Of a DNA stretch of 64,000 bases, positions 44,401 to 54,390 are shown one piece after another (position 1 is the stretch's first letter; each line of letters opens with the position of its first letter). The position numbers were made by a program, and so were the translations under genes. This DNA is from an uncultured Christensenellaceae bacterium (lineage in GTDB: Bacteria; Bacillota; Clostridia; Christensenellales; DTU072), in NCBI GenBank assembly GCA_964613035.1, contig CAZTFQ010000006.1, positions 28,071 through 92,070 of the forward strand. The letters are read 5' to 3'. The notes under the pieces were generated by a model. It worked only from the letters and a program-made list of their open reading frames with translations. It searched no databases and was not told where the DNA came from.

Positions 44401-45558
44401 CTATATTCTGAAAAGAGAGCGAAACGCTTTCTTTATGCCTCGGTTGTTCTGAAGTTCTGCATATATCATCAAGGACGCGAGGGACGAATCCTTGGCAGAA
44501 TTTAATTCCGCGTGAGACGGAGCCACGGTAGTTACCAGTCTGTTGAGGACGGTTTCGACGATACCTTTGACTCCTACTATATTGGCTATACCGTCTCCGG
44601 TCAATGCGACGGGGACGCTTTCTCCTATATCCTGCTTGATGCTTTCGATAACTTTTTTGATGCTTTTTCCTATATGGTGTACTACTTCGAAGCACACTTC
44701 GTTGACGTCCACCATAGAATACGTTTTGACGGAATTACCGACGCTTAAGGTATATTTGGAATCGGTCGTCGTACGTACGTTGAGATTGATTTTTTTAATC
44801 AATTCGAGAGATTCCGAGTACCCCACGTTACATTTATCCATAATTCCGGCAGCTATATGAGCGGTGCCCAGCGGAAAAGTCGTGCTGAAGAGTATGCCGT
44901 CTTCCTTGAAATATGCCACGGACGTCGACATAAAATCGGAATCGACCAAAATGACGCCTTTTTCCGATAACTCTGTCGGAACAACGTACATGCCTTCCGA
45001 TAATACCGTAGGGCAATAAGAGATTTTCAGCCCGAGGCGCGCGGCGATTCTGTCGAAGATATCCAAAAAATACTTTTCTGCAAGCACGTACGACAAATCT
45101 GCCAGCAAACTCTTGGTGACGATACCCAAAGGATTGTTGACTTTTAGCAAGCTGTCCGTGCCGTAAAAATTGGGTGTGCACGCCAATGCTATATAGTTGC
45201 CTTTTCCCGTATACGTATCGCCGAATTTATGGACTTCTTCTACGTGCGCGTTGTTAACTTTAACTGCTCTGTCGAAGTCGTATCTGAATTGCTTTTCTAC
45301 TACCGGAGTAAACTCTCCGGGAACGCCTACGGTCAATTTTTTTATTTTTATTCCGCAAGCCGATTCGGCGTTTTCTTTAAGCTTCTGCACTATTACGGCG
45401 AGACTCTGCTCGTCGAAAAATCTGCCGTCGGTATATCCGTCGTAAGAACTATCCTCTCTATAGAGTATACGAAGCACCTTGCCGTCTTCCTTAGAAAGAA
45501 GCAAGGTTATCGTATCGGATTTAACGTTAAGAACAGCGTTGACGAACAAATTATTCAT
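44401..45558 (-). CDS. ftsA: cell division protein FtsA (actin-like ATPase, somewhat divergent)
   Basis: 385 aa, immediately upstream of ftsZ. Actin-fold style segments (VILVDSDFMSTSVAYF, VALTGDGANI-like VALTGDGIANI) and a C-terminal amphipathic GIKKAFRSLFRI. Confidence 0.8.
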   Translation of the reverse strand: MNNLFVNAVLNVKSDTITLLLSKEDGKVLRILYREDSSYDGYTDGRFFDEQSLAVIVQKLKENAESACGIKIKKLTVGVPGEFTPVVEKQFRYDFDRAVKVNNAHVEEVHKFGDTYTGKGNYIALACTPNFYGTDSLLKVNNPLGIVTKSLLADLSYVLAEKYFLDIFDRIAARLGLKISYCPTVLSEGMYVVPTELSEKGVILVDSDFMSTSVAYFKEDGILFSTTFPLGTAHIAAGIMDKCNVGYSESLELIKKINLNVRTTTDSKYTLSVGNSVKTYSMVDVNEVCFEVVHHIGKSIKKVIESIKQDIGESVPVALTGDGIANIVGVKGIVETVLNRLVTTVAPSHAELNSAKDSSLASLMIYAELQNNRGIKKAFRSLFRI

Positions 45559-45616
45559 ATCTCCACCGAAGTTTCGCTACGGACGTCGCGAATCTTGTTT
45601 CGTTTTTCTTAGAATT

Positions 45617-45645
45617 ATTATAATAAAGTAAATATATAAAGTCAA
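45617..45645 (-). promoter_or_regulatory. near-consensus sigma-A promoter upstream of ftsA-ftsZ
   Basis: Minus strand reads TTGACT (45645-45640), 17 nt, TATAAT (45622-45617), about 55 nt upstream of the ftsA ATG. Confidence 0.6.
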
Positions 45646-45661
45646 TAAAAAAGTAATTTTT

Positions 45662-46366
45662 CTAAAGGCTCATATCGCGTCTTTCGGACTCGGGCTTGTC
45701 AAAAAATGTATTAAGCTTGGCTCTAAGTGCGTCCACGAGCTTATCATGAGAGGATTGTACGGTCATATCGAAGTCGAACGAGACGTTTTCAAAGTCGCGC
45801 AAGTACACTTTTACTCCGCCGTCTTCGTTAAATTCAATACTCTCGACAAAAGCGATAAAACCTTCGTCGTCGAAGTTTTCTCCGTAAAAGGCATACGCAA
45901 GGCTGCGAGCGAATTTAAGCTGGGGGATATTGAGGGTATCCGAGACCCGGACGCCGAGGATCGATATAAGGTCGGAATACGAGTCGTCATAGGATACTTT
46001 TTCTTTAATAAGAAAATCCGCGTCGGTCGGAACGACTTTTTCGTCGTCGGTATGGACAATAAAAGTCGGTTTCAGCACCTTGACGTTGACGACGACTTTA
46101 TTGGGATAAATTCTGTCTATGGATTCTAATTGAAGCCGACCCGTTTTCACGGTCTCGGCTAGAGCGTCTTCGGCATAAGCGTCCTTGACGGACAGAATGC
46201 TCTTTCCCTTTTCTATGCCGCATATCGAAGCTATTTCATCTGCGGTATACGTAGTCGGCTCCGAAAATCTAACCTCTATCTCGTCTATATTAAAAACCTG
46301 TCCCGCTACAGCCAATGCTGCAATGAGAACTAAGCCTATAATAATTGCGACGATTCTTTTGTTCAT
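45662..46366 (-). CDS. ftsQ: cell division protein FtsQ/DivIB-like (TM + POTRA)
   Basis: 234 aa. N-terminal TM IVAIIIGLVLIAALAVAG followed by FNIDEIEVRF (POTRA-like start). Position between murA and ftsA. Confidence 0.7.
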   Translation of the reverse strand: MNKRIVAIIIGLVLIAALAVAGQVFNIDEIEVRFSEPTTYTADEIASICGIEKGKSILSVKDAYAEDALAETVKTGRLQLESIDRIYPNKVVVNVKVLKPTFIVHTDDEKVVPTDADFLIKEKVSYDDSYSDLISILGVRVSDTLNIPQLKFARSLAYAFYGENFDDEGFIAFVESIEFNEDGGVKVYLRDFENVSFDFDMTVQSSHDKLVDALRAKLNTFFDKPESERRDMSL

Positions 46367-46367
46367 A

Positions 46368-47618
46368 TTATACTCTCTGTATTTCTCCTCCTAAATTACG
46401 GAAGAGATTTTCTATCTTTTCGTATCCTCTGTCTACGTATCTGACGTTGTTGACGACGGTAGTTCCTTCTGCCGACAGCCCCGCTATTATCAGCGCCGCG
46501 CCGCCTCGGAGATCTTCCGCGTTGACTTCAGCTCCTATAAGTCTCGGTACTCCTCTGACGATTGCGGTCTTGCCTTTAACCACTATATCGGCTTTCATTT
46601 TAATCAATTCCGGCACGTGCTTAAAGCGTGTTTCGAAAATGTTTTCCGTAATAAGCGTAGTGCCGTCCGCCACGGCGGATACAGCCATAATCTCCGCCTG
46701 AAGGTCCGTGGGAAACCCCGGGTAGGGTTGAGTCTCGACCGCCATAGGCGATACGGGGCGATTTTTTTGACTTATTTTAATAATATCACTCTTCTCCACA
46801 ATATTGCAACTTGTTTTTTTCAACTTAGATATAAGACTCTTAAGATGTCGAGAATTGACTGAGGTCAAAGTGACGTCGCCGCCGCACGCCGCGACGGCGG
46901 ACATTATCGTACCCGCAACTATTCTGTCGGGCATGGTGGAATATGTAGTACCGCTTAATTTTTTTACTCCTTCTATTCTTATTATGCTACTGCCGGCGCC
47001 TTTTATTTTAGCGCCCATCGAAATTAAAAAGTTTTGCAAATCAACGATTTCCGGTTCTCTTGCAGGATTATATATCGTAGTTATGCCCGTAGTGAATACG
47101 GACGCGAGCATAACGTTTTCTGTAGCGCCGACGCTGGGATAATCGAGATGTACGTCGCCGTCGTGAATATTCTCGGCGTCGCAAAATATGTATCCGTGTT
47201 CTTCTTCTATTTTCACTCCGAGGTCCCTAAGGCTGTTAAGGTGTATGTCTATCGGGCGCAAACCTATGTCGCAGCCTCCGGGATACGATACCCGAGCTCT
47301 TTTCATTCTTCCCAGCACCGAGCCCAACAAAAATATCGAGCTTCTCAATTCTTTTCCAAGTTCCGCGGGAATGGAATACGAAGAGACGTCTGAGGCGTCG
47401 ATAACTAGTTTACGTCCCGTTTTCGTACATTTCACTCCGAGAGAACGAAGTATTTTCCCCATATTCTCCACGTCCGACAGATCAGGACAATTGTCAATGA
47501 CGATCTCTCCGTCGGTAAGTATGGACGCCGCCATCAACGGCAAAACGGCATTTTTTGCGCCTTGGACGTTTACCGTCCCCGAGAGTCGGTTTCCCCCTTT
47601 TATCACAAGCTTAGTCAA
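46368..47618 (-). CDS. murA: UDP-N-acetylglucosamine 1-carboxyvinyltransferase
   Basis: 416 aa. MTKLVIKGGNRLSGTVNVQGAKNAVLPLMAASIL, and active-site region PGGCDIGLRPID. Confidence 0.95.
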   Translation of the reverse strand: MTKLVIKGGNRLSGTVNVQGAKNAVLPLMAASILTDGEIVIDNCPDLSDVENMGKILRSLGVKCTKTGRKLVIDASDVSSYSIPAELGKELRSSIFLLGSVLGRMKRARVSYPGGCDIGLRPIDIHLNSLRDLGVKIEEEHGYIFCDAENIHDGDVHLDYPSVGATENVMLASVFTTGITTIYNPAREPEIVDLQNFLISMGAKIKGAGSSIIRIEGVKKLSGTTYSTMPDRIVAGTIMSAVAACGGDVTLTSVNSRHLKSLISKLKKTSCNIVEKSDIIKISQKNRPVSPMAVETQPYPGFPTDLQAEIMAVSAVADGTTLITENIFETRFKHVPELIKMKADIVVKGKTAIVRGVPRLIGAEVNAEDLRGGAALIIAGLSAEGTTVVNNVRYVDRGYEKIENLFRNLGGEIQRV

Positions 47619-47633
47619 CGTTGTCTCCTAATG

Positions 47634-48752
47634 CTATATTGTATGAAAGGGAACACTCTTCGCGTTCCTTTTATCTATACCGTATACTATGCCCAACGCG
47701 AAAGAAAACGCCATCAAAGAGGATCCGCCTGCCGAAATAAGCGGTAACGGCACGCCTGTAGGGGGAATGGTTCCGCTCACCACGGCGACGTTAAGTAAAG
47801 TCTGGACGGCGATTACCGCAACCACTCCGAACGATATCAGAGACGAGTGTCGGTCGGGAGCGTTTTTCGCAATCTTGATTCCGTAATAGACTAGCATAAA
47901 ATATATCGTCAAAATAAACGCGCTGCCGACGAAGCCCAGTTCTTCTCCTATTATGGAAAAGATAAAGTCGCTCTCCGCGAAGGGCAAAAAAAGATATTTT
48001 TGTCGACTGTTAAAAAGACCTGTTCCGAACAGTCCTCCGTTGCCGAGAGCGTAGTACGATTGAATGAGCTGATATCCTTCCGTCTTGGGGTTAGCCCACG
48101 GATCCACGTAGGCAATAAGACGTTGTATTCTATACGGCTCAGCCAAAATCATAACGGGAAGAGCCACGGCTATCACGGCTATGACCGAAACGATATATTT
48201 AGCGCGAAGACCGCCCGCGAACATCAGAAGAAATGCCGATATAACGACGGTCATCGTTATGGACATATTGGGTTCTAAAATAATTAACGCGCAAATCGCA
48301 AGCGTCGCGAGAATCGGGACGACGAGATTTTTAAGTTTGTACGGAGGTCGGTCTTTCAATTCCGAGGCGAGAAACAACATTAAGCCGAACTTGGAAAACT
48401 CCGAAGGCTGTATGGTCATAAAGCCCAGATTGAGCCATCTGGTAGCGCCGTATGCGTCTACGCCCAGTCCCGGGACGAACACCAAAGCCAACAAAACAAG
48501 CGAAACTGCCAGAATTACATATCTGAATTTATATATAAAGTCTTGTCTTAAAAACGTTCCGAATATAAACAGAACGATGCCCGCAATCAAGGCGACGGCT
48601 TGTTTTTTGACATAATAAAACTCGTCACCGAACTGTAGAGACGCCGAGTAATAGCTCGCCGAATAGATCATGACGAGTCCTATTACGGATAAGGATATAT
48701 ATGCGAAAAACAGACTATGCCTTGACCTTAAGGACCATTTCGCGGAAGGCAT
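47634..48752 (-). CDS. ftsW: SEDS-family peptidoglycan polymerase FtsW/SpoVE
   Basis: 372 aa, about 10 TM. QPSEFSKF, FAESDFIFSIIGEELG, PLPLISAGGSS. ATG 48752 is preceded by GGAGAGAGG and overlaps the murD 3' end by 38 nt. Confidence 0.9.
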   Translation of the reverse strand: MPSAKWSLRSRHSLFFAYISLSVIGLVMIYSASYYSASLQFGDEFYYVKKQAVALIAGIVLFIFGTFLRQDFIYKFRYVILAVSLVLLALVFVPGLGVDAYGATRWLNLGFMTIQPSEFSKFGLMLFLASELKDRPPYKLKNLVVPILATLAICALIILEPNMSITMTVVISAFLLMFAGGLRAKYIVSVIAVIAVALPVMILAEPYRIQRLIAYVDPWANPKTEGYQLIQSYYALGNGGLFGTGLFNSRQKYLFLPFAESDFIFSIIGEELGFVGSAFILTIYFMLVYYGIKIAKNAPDRHSSLISFGVVAVIAVQTLLNVAVVSGTIPPTGVPLPLISAGGSSLMAFSFALGIVYGIDKRNAKSVPFHTI

Positions 48753-50022
48753 TGCCTCTCTCCTCGTAATTTTTATATCTGTCGAAAGACGCCGAAGACG
48801 GTGAAAACAGAACCGTGTCGATTTTTTTGTCGACGGAAAACGTATTGACCGCTCCTGCCAAATCTTTATGCATAACTATATCGAAATAGCCCACTTTATA
48901 GGCAGAATTCATAATTTTTTCGGAATTAGCTCCCGTAACGGCGACGCATCTTACTTTTCCCGGAAGCGTCTCGAAAAAGTCACAAAATTCTTCGTTTTTG
49001 TCACTGCCGCCCATAATCAAACCGATGTTGCCTTCCAGCATATCTATGGCGGCTTTCGTAGCGTGGAGGTTGGTTCCCTTACTGTCGTTGTAATATCCCT
49101 TACCGCCTACGGTGGCTACGTACTCTACTCTGTGCGGCGGAAGTTTAAATTTTTTGATAAAAGAGCTCGCGGCGACTTCGGGCACGCCTACGATAGAACC
49201 TACCGTGAGTGCGACGAGAGCGTTGAATCGATTATGCTCTCCTTTTGCCTTCAAATCCTTGACAGAGCACAAAGGCTTGTCGTTATAGAAGAAATAGTTG
49301 TCTTTTATATAGGATTTTCCGCCCTCTTTTCGCGTAGAAACTCGGATAAGTTCTCCGGGGACTTCTTTCATACGAATGCGAATATTCTCGTCGTATCCGT
49401 TGATTATCGAATAAGACGAAGCGTTCTGGTGTGCGAAAATCTTCATTTTGGATTCCGCATAGGCGTTGAAGCCGTCGTAACGGTCGAGATGATCGGCGGC
49501 GATGTTGAGAATGATGGCGATATCGGGAGAAATTTCGCCGTAATCCAACTGAAAACTGCTCACTTCCGCAACTGCATAATCGGGAAGAGATTTCTCTTGC
49601 GCCAGCTGAGAAACGGGGTAACCGATATTGCCGCACGCGCGTGCTTTGATTCCGGCTAAAGACAACAGCTTCTCTATCATCAGCGTCGTAGTCGTCTTTC
49701 CGTTGGTCCCGGTAACGGCAATCGTTTTACACGGTAATTGCGACATACCGAGGGCGAGTTCGGTAGTCAGGGGAATGTTTTTACGTTTGGCTTCCGATAT
49801 AAGAGGATGGGTATCGGAGAATCCGGGGCTGACTACGATAAAATCGAATTCGTCGAGTTCCGACGGATAAATTTTTAGGTTTTTCACGCCGTCGAAGCTG
49901 TCGATTTTTTCGTCGTCGTCATAGACGCTCACCGAGGCGCCGAGTTTCTTTAACAAGCCGTATGCGGACAATCCGCTGGTTTTCAGTCCCGCAACAAGGA
50001 CTTTTTTTCCGAATAAATTCAT
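48715..50022 (-). CDS. murD: UDP-N-acetylmuramoylalanine--D-glutamate ligase
   Basis: 435 aa. KKVLVAGLKTSG, GTNGKTTT. dcw position between mraY and ftsW. Confidence 0.93.
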   Translation of the reverse strand: MNLFGKKVLVAGLKTSGLSAYGLLKKLGASVSVYDDDEKIDSFDGVKNLKIYPSELDEFDFIVVSPGFSDTHPLISEAKRKNIPLTTELALGMSQLPCKTIAVTGTNGKTTTTLMIEKLLSLAGIKARACGNIGYPVSQLAQEKSLPDYAVAEVSSFQLDYGEISPDIAIILNIAADHLDRYDGFNAYAESKMKIFAHQNASSYSIINGYDENIRIRMKEVPGELIRVSTRKEGGKSYIKDNYFFYNDKPLCSVKDLKAKGEHNRFNALVALTVGSIVGVPEVAASSFIKKFKLPPHRVEYVATVGGKGYYNDSKGTNLHATKAAIDMLEGNIGLIMGGSDKNEEFCDFFETLPGKVRCVAVTGANSEKIMNSAYKVGYFDIVMHKDLAGAVNTFSVDKKIDTVLFSPSSASFDRYKNYEERGNAFREMVLKVKA

Positions 50023-50035
50023 AGAACGGTTCTCC

Positions 50036-51028
50036 TTATATAATTAGTATCGCGATAAGCCCCGAAACAACGGTTATCAAGGCATACAAGAATGAAATTT
50101 TGGCTTCGGAAAAGCCTTTAAGCTCCAGATGATGATGGAACGGAGCCATTAAAAAGATACGCTTCTTAGTCGATTTATATACTGCTACTTGTAAAATTAC
50201 GGATAAAGCCGACCAGACGAAGACCGCGCCTACAACGGGGATGAGGACTGACATACGCGTAGCCACTCCTACGGAAGCCACCGCTGCGCCGAGGGCGAGC
50301 GAGCCCGTATCTCCCATGAAAACGAGAGCTTTATTCGTATTGAGCACCAAAAACACCGACAACGCGCCTATGAGAATAGCCGTAACCATAGCGAGTCCCG
50401 TATACTCCGATGCCCAAATAACGTCTCCGTACTCCTCCGCTCGGATATAGGCAATCAATATGATAATTTCGAATATTCCGAGATATGCCGTAGAAGAGGA
50501 TGCAGAGAGACCGTCCAATCCGTCCGTGAGATTGACCGCGTTGGTAGCCGCGACGTAGACGAGTACGGTGAACGGGACGTACCACCAACCCAAGTCGACG
50601 TAGATATCCGCAACGGGGATGTATACGGAACTGCCGACCGAGCGGGAATAATAAGCCAAAAACGACACTCCTATCGCGACCAGTAACTGACCGATAATCT
50701 TTTGATACGGTCTGAGCCCCCTATTGTCGTTAAAGCGGACTTTTATGAAGTCGTCGAGAAAGCCTATAACCGCGTATGCAGAAACGGACAGTACGAAAAT
50801 ATTCGCCGAAGCGTATTCGTACAAACCGAAAGCCGCATAAAGAATTAAGAGCGGCACGATGAAAACGATACCGCCCATAGTGGGCGTACCCTTTTTATTC
50901 TCGTGTTGTCCTACGTAAGAATATATAGGCTGACTTGCGCGAATAGATCTTAACAGCCGTAACGCAAACGGAGCTATTACGGTGCTCAAACCTATGCCTG
51001 ACAATAGCGCATAGACGACGAATTTCAA
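50036..51028 (-). CDS. mraY: phospho-N-acetylmuramoyl-pentapeptide transferase
   Basis: 330 aa polytopic. KKGTPTMGG, NAVNLTDGLDGL, APFHHHLE. Confidence 0.95.
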   Translation of the reverse strand: MKFVVYALLSGIGLSTVIAPFALRLLRSIRASQPIYSYVGQHENKKGTPTMGGIVFIVPLLILYAAFGLYEYASANIFVLSVSAYAVIGFLDDFIKVRFNDNRGLRPYQKIIGQLLVAIGVSFLAYYSRSVGSSVYIPVADIYVDLGWWYVPFTVLVYVAATNAVNLTDGLDGLSASSSTAYLGIFEIIILIAYIRAEEYGDVIWASEYTGLAMVTAILIGALSVFLVLNTNKALVFMGDTGSLALGAAVASVGVATRMSVLIPVVGAVFVWSALSVILQVAVYKSTKKRIFLMAPFHHHLELKGFSEAKISFLYALITVVSGLIAILII

Positions 51029-51031
51029 TTT

Positions 51032-52459
51032 TTATACCGTACTCAATATTCTTTTTACCGTTTCTATATCCGAATAAGGCGTTTTCACGCCGCCCTCGTC
51101 TATGTATTTTTCCGCGCCTTTACCCGCGAGCACCACGACGTCGTCGCGACCTGCGTAGCTCAGTGCGTAAAAAATAGCGTCTTCCCTGTTGCGTATGATA
51201 AAATATTCCTTGCCGTCGTCGATACCGGAAGCGATCTCGTCCATAATTTCATATGGATCCTCTAGCCGAGAATTGTCGGTAGTCACAATCGTCAGATCCG
51301 ATAATCCGGAAGATATTTTACCCATAATTTTTCGTTTCTCTTTATCTCTGTTACCGCCGCACCCGAACACCGCTATGACCTTACCTTCCGCCTGAGCTTT
51401 GGCTTCTCTTAAAATATTTTCCAGTCCGTCGGGAGTGTGCGCATAATCGATTATTACCTTTTTAGAGCCGTTTATTACGTTGTATCTGCCGTCTACGGGC
51501 GATATATCTCTAATGGCGCATATAACGTCTTCGAACGGCAATCCGAGAATACATACGGCTGTAAGGGCTGCTAAAGAATTGTAAGCGTTGAAACGTCCGA
51601 AGAGTTTTGTCTTGACCACGCCTATTTTATCGAAAACGTTGACGGTATAGCGGACTTCCTTAGTAATCCCCAAATCTATTCCGAATGCGTCCGCGGGAGA
51701 ATCGAATGCGTACGTGAGAACCGTAGCGGAATCCGTATCGGCTATTTCACGTCCCAATAGGTCGTCGGTGTTGGTAAGCACGTAGTCGACCGAGTAGTCG
51801 GAGAAGAAAGATTTTTTCACCTCTCGATACTTATTCATATCGCCGAAAAAGTCCAAATGGTCCTGCGAAAAATTGGTAAATATCACTAAAGCGAAATGTA
51901 TCCCGAACACTTTTTTATAATAAATCGCGTGAGCGCTGACTTCGGTTACGACGTATTCTACACCGGCATCCAGAGCCGTCTTCAACGTACGATGCAACAC
52001 GTCGGGATCGGGAGTGGTTAGGTCGGTGTCATATTTAACGCCGTCTATTTCCGTCCCGAGGGTACCTATGACCGCGGCGCGTTTTCCTAAAGAACGCAAC
52101 AGTTTATATATAAGAATCGCCGTAGTCGTCTTACCGTTGGTACCGACGACGGCTATCATCTTTAACTTATCCGCGGGATTGCCGTAGAACTTAGCCGAAA
52201 GACGCGCATACTCCGCTCTGGTATCCTCAACGACGATGTTAGGGACTCCTAATATCGGTTTTGAACTGACAACGGCTACCGCCCCTTTTTCTACTGCATC
52301 CGTTGCGTAATCGGCGCCGTCCGAATTTCCTTCCAGAGCTATGAAAATATTTCCGGAGGATATTTTTCTACTGTCGACGGATATTCCCGTAACGACTTTT
52401 TCATATAAAGTATTTTCCGAAACTTTTTCCTTATCGCAGAATAAATCTCTGATAGTCAT
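51032..52459 (-). CDS. murE: UDP-N-acetylmuramoyl-L-alanyl-D-glutamate--2,6-diaminopimelate ligase (DAP-type inferred)
   Basis: 475 aa. GTNGKTTT, DYAHTPD, and a DNSR variant of the DNPR motif with the Arg retained. Confidence 0.9.
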   Translation of the reverse strand: MTIRDLFCDKEKVSENTLYEKVVTGISVDSRKISSGNIFIALEGNSDGADYATDAVEKGAVAVVSSKPILGVPNIVVEDTRAEYARLSAKFYGNPADKLKMIAVVGTNGKTTTAILIYKLLRSLGKRAAVIGTLGTEIDGVKYDTDLTTPDPDVLHRTLKTALDAGVEYVVTEVSAHAIYYKKVFGIHFALVIFTNFSQDHLDFFGDMNKYREVKKSFFSDYSVDYVLTNTDDLLGREIADTDSATVLTYAFDSPADAFGIDLGITKEVRYTVNVFDKIGVVKTKLFGRFNAYNSLAALTAVCILGLPFEDVICAIRDISPVDGRYNVINGSKKVIIDYAHTPDGLENILREAKAQAEGKVIAVFGCGGNRDKEKRKIMGKISSGLSDLTIVTTDNSRLEDPYEIMDEIASGIDDGKEYFIIRNREDAIFYALSYAGRDDVVVLAGKGAEKYIDEGGVKTPYSDIETVKRILSTV

Positions 52460-52462
52460 AAT

Positions 52463-54319
52463 TTACTCCGTCTTAATCAATATTACCGCACCTTGTTTTA
52501 CGGTTGAATTTTCTATCGGAAATTGTCCGGTAACGACTCCTCCGTCACCGTCTATTTCATATTTGAGTCCCAGCGCGTCGAGGGTCGCCACTGCCTCCGT
52601 AAGCGGCATATCTTCAAGATACGGCATAACCACCGTCGAGACGGTCGGAGCGACCGCTCCGGGGATATTCTCATAGTTTATAATGCCCTCGAAGATATTT
52701 TTCACGTACGGCGCCGCCACTAAAGAACCGTAATATACGTACCCTTCCGGCTCGTCCACGATGAAGAGCGTCAGATACGAGGCGGTTTCTTTTCCGATAA
52801 ATCCTATAAAAGAAGAAACGTATTTACCTCTTGCTATGGCTCCGTTTTCATATTTCTGCGCGGTGCCGGTTTTACCGCCTATTTCATATCCTTCTATTGC
52901 CGCGTTGCGTCCGCTACCGTCGGAAACTACTCCGACCAAAACGTCTCTAAGCGTTGCGGAAGTGCTTTCTTTTATAATTCTTTCTCCAGTGACGGGCGGA
53001 GCCACTTCCGTTGTTATACCGTCCGCAGAAACTATTTTTTTCATAAAGTGCGGCGTAACTTTGATTCCGCCGTTGATTGCGGCGGCGACAGCCGAAATCA
53101 ATCCTATGGGAGTGACCGCGATTGCCTGTCCGAAGCCTATTCTTGCAAGGTCGACGTTCTTGACCGTCGACTCGGAAATCAAAAGTCCTTTTCCCTCTCC
53201 CGATATATCTATACCCGTCTTTCCGTTGACGGAAAAACGTCCGAGATAATCGTAAAAAGTTTCCACTCCGACTTTTGAAGCGATGTCCATAAAGAGGCAA
53301 TTGCAACTGTTTTCCACACCTTCGTCGAAACTTTCCGATCCGTGTCCGATTGTCCGCCAGCACTTGATTTTTTGTCCGTTGACGATTCTGTAGCCGGGGC
53401 AATACAGAGAGTAATCTCTGGAGATTTTTCCGCTATCTAGCCCTATAGCCGCAGTCAGAATTTTGAAGGTGGATCCGGGCTCGTATACGGAACTTATCGA
53501 GGAGGACTTGGAGAGTGCGAATAATTCCGCCACGTTGTCTCTCGGGACTGCGTTGAGGTCGTAAGACGGGGTCTCTGCCATCGCGAGAATACTGCCGTCG
53601 GAAGGGTCCATGATAATACAAGAGACTCTTAACGGAGAATATTCTTCATAAGCGGCGCGGACGGCGTTTTCCGCCATTGTCTGAATCTCCGCGTCGATTG
53701 TCAGATATAGAGAAGAACCGCTCTCACCGTACACGAACGAAGTCGTATTAGAAGACAATTCTCTGCCTACGAGGTCTGTCTCCGTCAATATATATCCGTC
53801 TTTTCCCGTAAGGACGTCGTCGTAATACAATTCCAGACCCGACTGACCTTTACCGTCCACGTTGGTAAATCCGAGTATCTGAGTCAAAAACTCGCCGAAA
53901 GTATATACGCGCTTGATATTCTGCGCATAATACACGCCGTCCACGCCTTCCGTATTCCTCAGCCTTGAGATATCTTCGGATGATACGTTCTTCGCCACGG
54001 TCACTTCGGAGACTTTTCTCTTCAGCTTGTCAAGGAGTTTTTCGTAATTCACGCCCAAGACGGACGCCAGAGCCGAAGCTGTTTTTTCGTCGTCCGAGAC
54101 CGAGATCGGGCGGACGTAGACCGTATAAGTAGTGGCATTGGAAACCAAGACTTCACCGTTTTTATCCAAAATCAAACCTCTTGCTCCCGTGATGGCGACG
54201 TCTCTGGTCCACTGGTCGAGGGCACGTTTTTTCAGAGTCGTCTGCATGACCACTTCTACGTAAAAGAGTCTGAACAGTATCACCGTAAACAAAAAAGCTA
54301 TCAGCACCAAACTCGCCAA
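52463..54319 (-). CDS. class B penicillin-binding protein (FtsI/SpoVD-like) with C-terminal PASTA domain
   Basis: 618 aa. Motifs STFK, SCN, KTGTA, with one PASTA-like domain at the C-terminus. The ORF-track TTG start has a poor SD (see finding on start codon). Confidence 0.9.
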   Translation of the reverse strand: MASLVLIAFLFTVILFRLFYVEVVMQTTLKKRALDQWTRDVAITGARGLILDKNGEVLVSNATTYTVYVRPISVSDDEKTASALASVLGVNYEKLLDKLKRKVSEVTVAKNVSSEDISRLRNTEGVDGVYYAQNIKRVYTFGEFLTQILGFTNVDGKGQSGLELYYDDVLTGKDGYILTETDLVGRELSSNTTSFVYGESGSSLYLTIDAEIQTMAENAVRAAYEEYSPLRVSCIIMDPSDGSILAMAETPSYDLNAVPRDNVAELFALSKSSSISSVYEPGSTFKILTAAIGLDSGKISRDYSLYCPGYRIVNGQKIKCWRTIGHGSESFDEGVENSCNCLFMDIASKVGVETFYDYLGRFSVNGKTGIDISGEGKGLLISESTVKNVDLARIGFGQAIAVTPIGLISAVAAAINGGIKVTPHFMKKIVSADGITTEVAPPVTGERIIKESTSATLRDVLVGVVSDGSGRNAAIEGYEIGGKTGTAQKYENGAIARGKYVSSFIGFIGKETASYLTLFIVDEPEGYVYYGSLVAAPYVKNIFEGIINYENIPGAVAPTVSTVVMPYLEDMPLTEAVATLDALGLKYEIDGDGGVVTGQFPIENSTVKQGAVILIKTE

Positions 54320-54390
54320 TAACCTTTTCTTTCGTTTAATATTGGATGTTTTTATATGCGCTCACCTCATTGTCGGATTGCGCTCGGACC

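Noticed and set aside
43868-45181. Same-strand alternative-frame ORFs inside ftsZ and ftsA: 43868-44284, 44378-44695, 44834-45181 (Arg/Tyr/Gly-rich).
   Set aside because: They are frame-shifted readings of CG-rich codons of well-supported genes. They have no start context and an extremely biased composition.
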